A DNA stretch of 64,000 bases, taken from NCBI GenBank assembly GCA_023957335.1, contig JAMLHC010000002.1, forward strand, positions 179,441-243,440. The letters run 5' to 3'. The position numbers and the translations under genes were made by a program. Positions 13,976 through 24,904 of this stretch are shown piece by piece (within the stretch, counting starts at the first letter, position 1; each line of letters starts with the position of its first letter). The stretch is from Bacteroidota bacterium. Its GTDB lineage: Bacteria > Bacteroidota > Bacteroidia > NS11-12g > UBA955. The notes beneath the pieces were generated by a model. It was not told the DNA's origin and did no database searches. It was given only the letters and a program-made list of their open reading frames with translations.

Positions 13976-15044
13976 TTGTCTGTTTATCTGACAAAATTAA
14001 CATTTTTTGCGCAAATTTATCATGTATTTTTGATAATTCTTCGTCCATATAACTTTGGCTATGCTCCACATATTTATAAAACTCTTTTGAACCTGGCGCA
14101 TGACCACTTATCTTCCTAACCAAATTTTCTTCTAGCCCTAACCTTAACAATGTTGTTACAGTTGTTCTTCGCATACAATGGCTAGAAATCAAATCACAAT
14201 AGCGGTAATGCTTTCTATTATTTCGTTTAATCTCAAATGGCTTACCTCTTCTCATTCTTATTTTTGGAACTTCGTGTGTCCAACCTGCTTGTTCTGTCAA
14301 CAGCTTTATATTCAAATTAAACAGGCTGAGTGCAGGGAAGGGAAATAGGGTTTTGCGTTTTTTATCTCTGTATTTCTCAATAATTTCTATTGCATAATCT
14401 GGAAGCATGATTCTTGTTAGGGTTTGTGTCTTTTGTGATAGGTTTACAATGTAATAACGATTACCAATTATTTCTAAATTATGGCTAGTTAACCTCTTTA
14501 AATCCGAATACCTTAACCCAACAGTACACCCAAACACAAAAAGATCCTTTGTCAAGCTCAGAGACATAGGTAAGCTTGATTCAAATTCTTTTGAATGAAT
14601 CAGGTAGTTCAACATTTCGGGTTCCAACACAATGATTGGAATGGCTTCGTTTGACACATAAAACTTTTTAAAGTATTGCCCTATAATCATACCCATATCT
14701 ATAGAAAGCCAATTTAAAAAAGCTTTTAGCAACTTAATATTCTGACCCACATAGTTGTCTGTATAGCCTTGTTTGTTGTACAAGAAGTCAGTAAATGAGG
14801 TATAGAATGATTGCCAATACTTCTGTACTTTTTTCTTTTCCCGTTCATTTGCCTTGCTTACTTCATAAACAAAAAGCTCAAACCCAGAATGGGCTACAAA
14901 CTTCTGTAATACCCTAGAAAGCATTTCATAGTTTAGATTTGTACTGGCAACTATGGAAGCACCATTGGTTTTTCTTCTTCTCTTAATTTGGTTGTGCCTA
15001 ATAAATTTTACTAATAGAGGCAACATTGCGTGTTCTTTAATCAT
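13944..15044 (-). CDS. tyrosine-type site-specific recombinase/integrase
   Basis: The C-terminal catalytic domain pattern is present: GLRYSDLKRL (Arg), SSHCMRRTTVT (HxxR), ISGHAPGS (His), EFYKYV (Tyr). The N-terminal part resembles Bacteroidota phage-integrase SAM-like domains. Confidence 0.85.
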   Translation of the reverse strand: MIKEHAMLPLLVKFIRHNQIKRRRKTNGASIVASTNLNYEMLSRVLQKFVAHSGFELFVYEVSKANEREKKKVQKYWQSFYTSFTDFLYNKQGYTDNYVGQNIKLLKAFLNWLSIDMGMIIGQYFKKFYVSNEAIPIIVLEPEMLNYLIHSKEFESSLPMSLSLTKDLFVFGCTVGLRYSDLKRLTSHNLEIIGNRYYIVNLSQKTQTLTRIMLPDYAIEIIEKYRDKKRKTLFPFPALSLFNLNIKLLTEQAGWTHEVPKIRMRRGKPFEIKRNNRKHYRYCDLISSHCMRRTTVTTLLRLGLEENLVRKISGHAPGSKEFYKYVEHSQSYMDEELSKIHDKFAQKMLILSDKQTIDASSNIIST

Positions 15045-15327
15045 GTTTTTTTGAATTTAAACTGAAGCCGCAAAATAGACTTCTTTGCTTAAATTGACTT
15101 TTCATGAAAATAAGAGAAGGGGATTGAAGCATTTAAAATGCTCTTAAGTACTGAACATCAACCTCATGGAGTTCTGGAATGCGTTTCTTCGGACTGCTTT
15201 TGAATTCAGGCATCGGGTTTAAGCCCCGAAACCGTTAGCTTTTGAAAAGATTTGAAACCATACAAACTTCTTGTAAGCCCTTAAAAGAGTTCGATAATGC
15301 GCTTAGAGGGCGCGCTCTACAAGAAAA

Positions 15328-15352
15328 GTCGTCAGAAATGGCGGCTTTTTTT
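15328..15352 (+). terminator. possible plus-strand Rho-independent terminator with no annotated upstream gene
   Basis: The stem is GTCGTC / GGCGGC (4 G-C pairs plus 2 G-U pairs, so it pairs only as plus-strand RNA). The loop is AGAAAT and seven T follow. Confidence 0.4.
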
Positions 15353-15565
15353 GTTTCAATGTGTGGAGGATAAATAGAATGAGTGGCTACTATCAATGTG
15401 TACCTTTGTTCTCAATTAGTAGAGAATTCACATAGTATAATTATTATCTTATTACGCTTGTCCATTTTGAATTTAATTCTACCCTACTCAAAAGCACTTG
15501 CAACACGAAATGAACAGTCATTGTAAAATAACTTTAACCCGTCTTTCAACTTTACATAGTTAAAC

Positions 15566-15573
15566 TATCTTTG
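15566..15573 (+). promoter_or_regulatory. candidate Bacteroidota -7 promoter box (TATCTTTG) for fabG
   Basis: It matches TAnnTTTG and lies 19 nt upstream of the fabG ATG at 15592. Confidence 0.35.
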
Positions 15574-15591
15574 CCCGCAAATTCAGCGAAT

Positions 15592-16341
15592 ATGAAATTA
15601 TTGGAAAACAAGACCATTCTCGTTACCGGAGGATCGCGAGGCATAGGCAAAGGAATAGCAGAGCGTATGGCAGAACAAGGAGCCAACATTGCTTTTACTT
15701 TTGTATCCAGCATAGAGAAAGCCAAATCTTTTGAAAACGAATTACAACAGAAATACAGTATCAAAGCCAAAGGATACCAGTCCAATGCAGCCGATTTTGA
15801 AGGTTCGCAAAAATTGGCAGATGAAGTAACTGCCGATTTTGGCAATATTGACGTGCTAATCAACAATGCAGGCATAACACGCGACACGCTTTTAATGCGT
15901 ATGTCTGAAGAACAATGGGACGAAGTCATCAATACCAATTTGAAATCCGCATTTAATATGACCAAAGCTTGCATGAAAACTTTCATGAAAAATCGTGCAG
16001 GTTCTATTATCAATATAACTTCTATTGTAGGTATCACAGGAAATGCAGGACAAGCCAACTACGCTGCTTCCAAAGCAGGTATGATTGGTTTTACAAAGTC
16101 AGTTGCCAAAGAGCTGGGCAGCCGTAATGTAAGATGTAACGCGATTGCACCCGGATTTATTGAAACTGAAATGACAGAAGCTTTGAGTGAAGAAGTACGC
16201 AACTCTTGGACACAAACCATCCCATTGAAGCGCGGAGGAACTCCAACAGAAGTAGCCAATGCTTGTATTTTCCTTGCCTCTGACTTATCCTCTTATGTAA
16301 CGGGGCAAACACTGAATGTGTGTGGCGGAATGGTAATGTGA
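15592..16341 (+). CDS. fabG: 3-oxoacyl-[acyl-carrier-protein] reductase
   Basis: SDR motifs are present: LVTGGSRGIGKGIA, NNAG, and YAASKAG. Length and sequence are typical of FabG. The ATG at 15592 is preferred over the upstream TTG at 15571. Confidence 0.9.
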   Translation: MKLLENKTILVTGGSRGIGKGIAERMAEQGANIAFTFVSSIEKAKSFENELQQKYSIKAKGYQSNAADFEGSQKLADEVTADFGNIDVLINNAGITRDTLLMRMSEEQWDEVINTNLKSAFNMTKACMKTFMKNRAGSIINITSIVGITGNAGQANYAASKAGMIGFTKSVAKELGSRNVRCNAIAPGFIETEMTEALSEEVRNSWTQTIPLKRGGTPTEVANACIFLASDLSSYVTGQTLNVCGGMVM

Positions 16342-16362
16342 GTCAACTAATAATGAAATAAA

Positions 16363-17202
16363 ATGCCGTTAGATCAAGGCTCCTCAGACGATTTTGACAA
16401 AAAAGAGATGTCATTTTTTGACCACATTGACTCGCTCAGAGGTCATATTATGCGTTCTCTTGTTGTCTTAGTCATCCTTATTGCTATTTGCTTCACCTAT
16501 ATTGAAACTCTATTTACAAAAATCATTATTGCCCCCATAAACCCTGATTTTCTTACCTATAGGTTAATTTGTAAATTCTCGCATTACGTCTATCATAGTG
16601 ACAAGTTTTGCATTGGCGAACTGAATATCAAGTTAGTGAACCTAACCATGCAAGGACAGTTTGTAGAAGCTTTCAAAATCAGCATAATTACCGCTATCGT
16701 TGTAGGCTTTCCCTATTTTTTATTTGAACTGTGGAGATTTATCAGACCGGCTTTGAAAAGTTCTGAGAAAAAAATTTCCAAAGGATTAATTGCAAGTTGT
16801 TCCCTTCTCTTCTTTTTGGGTGTATTGTTTGGATATTATATTCTATCTCCCATCAGTTTGAACTTTTTTGCTAATTTTTCTATCAACAGTCAAATTGAAA
16901 ACCAGCCCACTTTCCAAAGTATTGTAAGCTTAATTAGCTTTTTAGTGATTGGAACCGGTTTAATGTTTGAACTTCCTATTCTGATGTATTTTCTGGCTAG
17001 AATCGGGTTCATTTCATCCGGTACACTAAAGAAGTTCAGAAGATATGCGTTGTTAGTAATAATCGTTGTTGCAGCCATAGTTACACCACCCGATGTCTTT
17101 AGCCAAATCATTCTTACTATCCCGATATATTTCCTGTTTGAACTTGGAATAACATTAACCAAAAACGTTGAACGAAAACAAGCTAAAAATGATGAACAAT
17201 AA
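16363..17202 (+). CDS. tatC: twin-arginine translocase subunit TatC
   Basis: MSFFDHIDSLRGHI is followed by six hydrophobic segments. The size is typical of TatC. Confidence 0.85.
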   Translation: MPLDQGSSDDFDKKEMSFFDHIDSLRGHIMRSLVVLVILIAICFTYIETLFTKIIIAPINPDFLTYRLICKFSHYVYHSDKFCIGELNIKLVNLTMQGQFVEAFKISIITAIVVGFPYFLFELWRFIRPALKSSEKKISKGLIASCSLLFFLGVLFGYYILSPISLNFFANFSINSQIENQPTFQSIVSLISFLVIGTGLMFELPILMYFLARIGFISSGTLKKFRRYALLVIIVVAAIVTPPDVFSQIILTIPIYFLFELGITLTKNVERKQAKNDEQ

Positions 17203-17632
17203 TATATTTACCCATATTCATATTGGCTCCGACCATGCGGGGTTTAAACTTAAAGAAGAACTCAAAACATACCTTACGAGTCTTGGATATGAATATACCG
17301 ATCATGGCACATACTCGGATTCCTCAACCGACTATCCGGATTATGCGCATCCGGTTGCACAAGCAGTGGAATTGAACAAAACTCATGCAGGAATTTTAAT
17401 TTGTGGCTCCGGCAACGGTGTGTGTATGACTGCCAACAAACACGCCCATATCAGAGCAGCCTTGTGCTGGAACAAAGAAATAGCCGAATTGGGCAGACTC
17501 CATAACAATGCCAACATCATCTGCCTGCCTGCGCGTTATATTTCATTACAAGAAGCTCAAGAAATGACAAAAACCTTTCTGAACACTTCATTTGAAGGAG
17601 GAAGACACGAAAGAAGGGTGGAGAAAATCTAA
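17189..17632 (+). CDS. rpiB: ribose-5-phosphate isomerase B
   Basis: IHIGSDHAGFKLKEELKTYL..GILICGSGNGVCMTANKH..RHERRV is present. The ATG at 17189 is preferred to the TTG at 17168. Confidence 0.9.
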   Translation: MMNNNIFTHIHIGSDHAGFKLKEELKTYLTSLGYEYTDHGTYSDSSTDYPDYAHPVAQAVELNKTHAGILICGSGNGVCMTANKHAHIRAALCWNKEIAELGRLHNNANIICLPARYISLQEAQEMTKTFLNTSFEGGRHERRVEKI

Positions 17633-17705
17633 GATTATTCAGAAACAATCGAATTTATTTTCGTATTATTGCCGCTAATTAACACGTGTTAGCAGCACTT
17701 TCAAT

Positions 17706-19523
17706 ATGACATTTGCACACAACTTTCATATCCCTGTTATGGGAATAGCATATACCATTGATACGCCATTAAAAGTGGCTCAATATGGCATTTCTTCTGT
17801 ATTGTCACTTGGCGATGATATGTTGCTGGAGCGACTCAGAGAATACTATTCTCAGAAATTTAACCTTGCCTACACTCCTATCGGCAGAAATGATATTGAC
17901 CACAGAGCTAAAAGAATAACCGCATATCTGGATACAGTTAATGACATTGTTCATAAAAAATTCAATGAACTAAAAAGCACCGCATTTGAGAAAGCTTCTG
18001 AGATAACAAAGTATTTTGAAATGCTACCTGATTTTTCAACTTTGAAAAGAGAATACACCAGAATGTTGAATGAAAAGGAAGCATCAATCAAACAAAACAT
18101 ACAAAATTGGTTAAAAGAGCACATGTTCGTTGGCTCCATTGATGTCAACATTATGACCAAATTAGACAGAACCAATTATAATTCAAAAGGAGAACCCTAT
18201 CCAATCGAATTCAATGATGCACATGCAGCCGTAAGGGGTTTTGCCAATAGCAATGTACACTCGGGCTTGGTTTTATCGGCCGGGTTGAACCCAAGACTTT
18301 ACAGCTATATTGCCAATTTCGATTCGTTTTTTCCAAATGCACAAGGCAAATTAGAGAAGAAAATCATTCTAAAGGTAAGTGACTATCGCTCTGCAATTGT
18401 TCAAGGTAAGATGTTAGCAAAAAAAGGTATTTGGGTGTCCGATTATCGTATTGAGTCCGGTTTGAACTGCGGTGGTCATGCCTTTGTAAGTGATGGTAAC
18501 ACTATGGGGGCCATTTTGGAAGAGTTTAAACAAAACAGACAAGAACTTATTGACACCACACATCAAATATTGAATGATGCGCTGCGCGCCCTTGGAAAAC
18601 CCACTCTCGAAACCCCGCTTGAAATGAAAATATCTGCTCAGGGTGGTGTGGGAAATTTCACCGAACACAAGTTTCTGACCGAATACTATCAAATTGACAG
18701 TGTGGGTTGGGGTACACCGTTCTTGCTTGTTCCCGAAGTGGTCAATGTAGACAAAGAAACCTTAAACTTATTGAAAGAAGCCAAAGAGGATGATTTGTTT
18801 TTGAGTGGCATTTCTCCAATCGGTGTTCCATTCAACTCCATAAAAGGCAACTCCAAAGACATACAACGTCAGGAAAGAATCAAGAAGGGCAAACCGGGCA
18901 GCCCTTGTCCCAGCCAGTACCTTAAGTTATATAACACAGAATTTACCGAAAAACCTATTTGCGAAGCTTCAGGACAGTATCAAAAGCTTAAAATTAAAGA
19001 ATTAGATTCTAAAAACATCACAGATAAGGCAGAGTATCAAAAACTGTATAATAAAATCACTGAAAAGACCTGTCTTTGCACCGGTTTGGTTAGAACTGCT
19101 TATACTGTATTAGATATAGCAAAACGCTCAGATGAAGAGGGTGTTTCTATATGTCCGGGACCTAATTTGGCATATTTCTCCAAAGAATCAACTTTAACTC
19201 AAATGGTGAGTCATATTTACGGAAAAATAAATATTCTCAACAATTCATACAGACCTAACATGTATATCAAGGAATTTGGCATGTATGTTAACTATCTCCA
19301 AAAGGAAATCGAAGAATGTCCTGCTGCCGACCTAAACGACAAAAAGATTAAATATTTTAACTCATTTAAAACTAACCTATTAAACGGGCTTGAATATTAC
19401 CGGAAATCATTGCCTTTGTTCGACACTGACACTCAATGGGAAAGCGAATTAAATCAATACTTTGTTAGGTTGAATGAACTGTCAATTCCTACATCTGAGA
19501 TTACGCAAGCCGTGATAAATTAA
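17706..19523 (+). CDS. conserved hypothetical protein (605 aa), function not recognised
   Basis: This is a long, compositionally normal ORF between rpiB and kdsB. Motifs such as HIPVMGIAYTIDTPLKV and ESGLNCGGHAF are present, but I cannot assign a family. Confidence 0.6.
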   Translation: MTFAHNFHIPVMGIAYTIDTPLKVAQYGISSVLSLGDDMLLERLREYYSQKFNLAYTPIGRNDIDHRAKRITAYLDTVNDIVHKKFNELKSTAFEKASEITKYFEMLPDFSTLKREYTRMLNEKEASIKQNIQNWLKEHMFVGSIDVNIMTKLDRTNYNSKGEPYPIEFNDAHAAVRGFANSNVHSGLVLSAGLNPRLYSYIANFDSFFPNAQGKLEKKIILKVSDYRSAIVQGKMLAKKGIWVSDYRIESGLNCGGHAFVSDGNTMGAILEEFKQNRQELIDTTHQILNDALRALGKPTLETPLEMKISAQGGVGNFTEHKFLTEYYQIDSVGWGTPFLLVPEVVNVDKETLNLLKEAKEDDLFLSGISPIGVPFNSIKGNSKDIQRQERIKKGKPGSPCPSQYLKLYNTEFTEKPICEASGQYQKLKIKELDSKNITDKAEYQKLYNKITEKTCLCTGLVRTAYTVLDIAKRSDEEGVSICPGPNLAYFSKESTLTQMVSHIYGKINILNNSYRPNMYIKEFGMYVNYLQKEIEECPAADLNDKKIKYFNSFKTNLLNGLEYYRKSLPLFDTDTQWESELNQYFVRLNELSIPTSEITQAVIN

Positions 19524-19605
19524 CCATGACATTTCCTATCCGGTCATTGACTTTGTTTAATTCATCATCCTCTCTATTAAACACTAATTTTATTTTTGTG
19601 CAATC

Positions 19606-20355
19606 ATGCAAAAATTACTGATTGTTATTCCGGCACGCTACGCCTCAACCCGATTTCCGGGAAAACCCCTGATAGACATTGCGGGTAAAACCATGATTCA
19701 GCGCGTATGGGAACAAGCGAGTAAAGTCAGAGGATTTGACCTCAAAGTATTGGTCGCATCAGATGATAACAGAATCATTAGTGCTGCCGAAAATTTTGGA
19801 GCAAAGGTGATAACAACTTCATCAGCGCACCCTTCCGGAACAGACAGATGTTTTGAAGCTGCCGAAAAATCAGGCTATGATTTCGACTTACTGATAAACA
19901 TCCAAGGTGATGAACCGTTTATCCAACCTGAACAAATTGAAAAACTTGCACTTGGACTTTGGAAATCAAACGCAGAGATTGGTACGTTAAAACGCAAAAT
20001 AGATTCACAAGAAGACATCAATAACCCCAATGTAGTCAAAGTGGTGTGTGACATCAATCATAACGCTCTCTATTTCAGCAGAAGCTCTATTCCCTATGAC
20101 AGAGACAAATCCAGCAAGTCAGATTACTTTAAACATCTGGGTATTTATGCTTTTAAAAAGAAGATTATCAGCGAAATCAAGCATTTGCCAACCGGCAGTC
20201 TGGAAGAAATTGAAAAATTAGAACAATTAAGATGGTTACAAAACGGTTTTAAAATTTTGGTATTAGAAACCGACTTTCAAAGCCCTGCAATAGATAGCCC
20301 CGAGGATTTAAAATATGTTGAAATCTTTTTAAAAGACCATCCTCATTTTCAATGA
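19606..20355 (+). CDS. kdsB: 3-deoxy-manno-octulosonate cytidylyltransferase (CMP-KDO synthetase)
   Basis: IVIPARYASTRFPGKPLIDIAGKTMIQRV..NIQGDEPF is present. Confidence 0.9.
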   Translation: MQKLLIVIPARYASTRFPGKPLIDIAGKTMIQRVWEQASKVRGFDLKVLVASDDNRIISAAENFGAKVITTSSAHPSGTDRCFEAAEKSGYDFDLLINIQGDEPFIQPEQIEKLALGLWKSNAEIGTLKRKIDSQEDINNPNVVKVVCDINHNALYFSRSSIPYDRDKSSKSDYFKHLGIYAFKKKIISEIKHLPTGSLEEIEKLEQLRWLQNGFKILVLETDFQSPAIDSPEDLKYVEIFLKDHPHFQ

Positions 20356-20394
20356 GAGTGCAAGCGATATGGCTAACTTTGAAGCCCGTTATAA

Positions 20395-22026
<1,632 letters not shown>

Positions 22027-22037
22027 TAACCGCCTCT

Positions 22038-23147
22038 TTAAAAGTCTATTGTGTATGTATAATGCACCTTTGAGACCTGTGCTCCAAGGCTTTCCAGCAT
22101 ACTTAACATTTTAGGATTAAAATCTCCTATCCAAGCCAATTCTGTTTCTTTGATGTGTTTGAATTCAGGAAACTGCAAGTGTTCATAAAGTTTCATAATC
22201 ATCCCCACTTCTAATCCCAAATTTTGACATTCAGGTATAATGCCAAGCACAATTCCTCTTATCTTATTGATTTTAGATTTATACAAAAGAAAGCGGATTT
22301 TGGTCAGCCAATTAAACTTACCGTTAGCACCTTTAAAAAGTTGATTGATATTCAATACATTGATAAAAAAACCAGCAGGTTTGCCGTTAGAATACACAAA
22401 CCAGTTAAGTTTTTCGGGTGCAATGGGGAGCATGGCTTGCATCTGCTTGCGCACCTGTTCGACAGACATAGGCCTATAGAACTCATGTGTCTGCCAAGCT
22501 TCATTATATATTTCAGTAAAATCTCGCGCAAACCCTTCTTGTTTGGATTTGTCCAAATGTCTGAACTCATATTTAGGATTATTCAATACACGTGTAGCAA
22601 GTTTTGAAAAGCGCTCCAGATTAAAGCTGCCGCGCCTCAGCGAATAAGTAAGTTGTTCAAAATCCTTTTTGAATCCAAAGTTTTCAAATAGTTCTTTGTA
22701 ATAAGGCGGATTATAATTCTCTTTGTAAGAGGGGCTTTTGAAACCTTGTGTCATCAAGCCCCAGAAGCTATCCCTATCTCCAAAGTTGATGGGAGCAAGC
22801 GCAAAGGAAAAGCCCTTATCTCTCAGCCATTCTATTCCGGTTCTGAACAACAAATTGGCGGCTTCTTGATTGTTGACACAATCAAAAAAACCTAATCCGC
22901 AAAAGGGTCTTTCCTTATTTTCATGATGAAAAAAAGCCGCTATTTTACCGATGGTTTTATGATTAGATTGAAGCAGCCATCTTTTAGCTTCACCATACTT
23001 CAAAAAATGATTGAACTTATGGTCAAAAACCCCTTCAATATCACTATCAAGATGCCGAATAAATTCCGGTACATCTTTGTAATGCACAGTTGGAAACTCA
23101 AGAAACTCTTTAATTGCACGCTGAGTATTTACTTCTACAACTCTCAT
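22038..23147 (-). CDS. conserved hypothetical protein, possibly GNAT-like acyltransferase fold
   Basis: A 369-aa ORF with normal composition. The family assignment is only a recollection of similar Bacteroidota proteins. Confidence 0.5.
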   Translation of the reverse strand: MRVVEVNTQRAIKEFLEFPTVHYKDVPEFIRHLDSDIEGVFDHKFNHFLKYGEAKRWLLQSNHKTIGKIAAFFHHENKERPFCGLGFFDCVNNQEAANLLFRTGIEWLRDKGFSFALAPINFGDRDSFWGLMTQGFKSPSYKENYNPPYYKELFENFGFKKDFEQLTYSLRRGSFNLERFSKLATRVLNNPKYEFRHLDKSKQEGFARDFTEIYNEAWQTHEFYRPMSVEQVRKQMQAMLPIAPEKLNWFVYSNGKPAGFFINVLNINQLFKGANGKFNWLTKIRFLLYKSKINKIRGIVLGIIPECQNLGLEVGMIMKLYEHLQFPEFKHIKETELAWIGDFNPKMLSMLESLGAQVSKVHYTYTIDF

Positions 23148-23239
23148 TGGGGGATTAGCGACTGCAATATTAGATATTTTCTTTTGTGAGATACACCCTA
23201 ATTAACTTTATCAACTTTGATTTTCATTAATATTGCCCT

Positions 23240-24862
23240 ATGTTTTCAAACAGAACAAAACACGCGATATTATTTTTAATTAGTTTTTTCACGTTACAAC
23301 TTATCCAAGCCTATGATCTTGATTTGAGTACTCCATCCCAAACCATTTTCACCCATTCTCATTATCTCCAACCTGATTCATACGAGCCCGAGCGTGCAGC
23401 TAAGGCAATTTATGGGAAACATGGAAAAACAGCAGAAGCATTGGCAATCAAGCTCAAGCATTATATGGATGTTAAACTGCTCATTATTGACACCGCAGTT
23501 TATCCCAATGTTACTGACTATAAAGACAGTTCCACAAAAAAATATATTTATTTCCCGTTTAGTGACAACCGTGACATTTACCTGCAACGGATTGGCGGCA
23601 AATGGTATTACTCGCCCCATACAGTTTCGCAGATTCAAACATTATATGATGCAGCGGTACCGTTTGGCAGCGATTTCATCATTGACCTTTTTGGAAGTTT
23701 TGGGCAAAATATTTTCTTGGGGCTTCGAGTTTGGCAATGGTTGAGCTTAGTCATTCTCATTGCTTGTATTATTTTGATATACAGAATTCAAAGATGGTTG
23801 TTAAATGCTGTCATGAAAGGAATTTTGTACAGAAAAAAAACCATTTCACAAGAAGCACTCAAAACCATAAAATTATTTGGCAAATACGCAAGCGTATATT
23901 TGATAATGCACTATACACGCCTTTTCATCCCTTCGATTCAATTACCTGCAAAAATCAATATTTTTATTATCCGAGGTCTTGAATTTACAACCATCATTTT
24001 TCTTGTCATATTGCTTTTTGCAGCCATCGATTTGTTTATCGCCAGATATACAAAAATTACTTCTGCCAAAGCAAATCCTTTAGCAAATCAATTCAGACCC
24101 ATTCTGCAAGTGCTCCTCAAAACACTTTCTGTTGCAATTGGCACAGGCTTAATGCTCAAAACTTTGAATGTCAACATTGGCGCTTTATTAGCCGGAGTTT
24201 CCATTGCAGGATTGGCGATTGCGCTTGCAGCACAAGACACAGTAAAAAATGTACTTGGCTCTATTATTATCTTCTTTGATCAACCTTTCAAGATTGGAGA
24301 TGATATTTCAGTTGACAGCTTAGAAGGAACTGTGGAATTTGTTGGATTAAGAGCTACTCGGCTGCGTTCTTATGATAACTCATTAATATATGTCCCTAAT
24401 AGCAAACTAACCGATTCTTATATCAATAATAAAGGGTTGCGAGTTTACAGGAGATATTTCACCAATCTTGGCATCATGTATGGCACCCCCTCTTATCTGG
24501 TTGATGCATTTATTGCTGGTCTTAAAGAGATGATTCATACTCATCCAAACGCTCGCAAAGACTCTACCCAAGTCTCTCTTTACAGCTTAGAATCCAGCTC
24601 AATAAACATTCGTGTCAATATATTCTTTAGTGTACCGAGTTTTGATATAGAACTCAAAGCTAGAGAGGATATCATCAAGGGTATGATTGCACTGGCAGAC
24701 ACACTTGGGGTTCAGTTTGCCTTTCCGACCACCACAATTCATATAGAGAACCAACCCGGTCAACCGTCTTTAAGCCCGAAGTATCAACCTGATTCAACTC
24801 AGATTAAAAAAGCAGTTAGTGAGTTTGTGGAACAATATAAAAAACAATTTGAACAAAAATGA
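23240..24862 (+). CDS. mechanosensitive ion channel (MscS family) protein
   Basis: Several TM segments are followed by IIFFDQPFKIGDDISVDSLEGTVEFVGLRATRLRSYDNSLIYVPNS. Confidence 0.85.
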   Translation: MFSNRTKHAILFLISFFTLQLIQAYDLDLSTPSQTIFTHSHYLQPDSYEPERAAKAIYGKHGKTAEALAIKLKHYMDVKLLIIDTAVYPNVTDYKDSSTKKYIYFPFSDNRDIYLQRIGGKWYYSPHTVSQIQTLYDAAVPFGSDFIIDLFGSFGQNIFLGLRVWQWLSLVILIACIILIYRIQRWLLNAVMKGILYRKKTISQEALKTIKLFGKYASVYLIMHYTRLFIPSIQLPAKINIFIIRGLEFTTIIFLVILLFAAIDLFIARYTKITSAKANPLANQFRPILQVLLKTLSVAIGTGLMLKTLNVNIGALLAGVSIAGLAIALAAQDTVKNVLGSIIIFFDQPFKIGDDISVDSLEGTVEFVGLRATRLRSYDNSLIYVPNSKLTDSYINNKGLRVYRRYFTNLGIMYGTPSYLVDAFIAGLKEMIHTHPNARKDSTQVSLYSLESSSINIRVNIFFSVPSFDIELKAREDIIKGMIALADTLGVQFAFPTTTIHIENQPGQPSLSPKYQPDSTQIKKAVSEFVEQYKKQFEQK

Positions 24863-24904
24863 CACTTCTCTATCTAAACCTAAACCATAACTTTGCGGTC
24901 TAGT

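Noticed and set aside
15045-15570. Possible tRNA or tmRNA integration target beside the integrase
   Set aside because: I found no T-loop (GGTTCGAATCC-like) or acceptor/CCA-proximal pattern on either strand. I also found no tmRNA tag-reading-frame signature. This is left as an open non-coding region, not called as an RNA gene.
15552-16058. 168-aa minus-strand ORF overlapping fabG
   Set aside because: It is antisense to a clear FabG coding frame and has no recognisable features.
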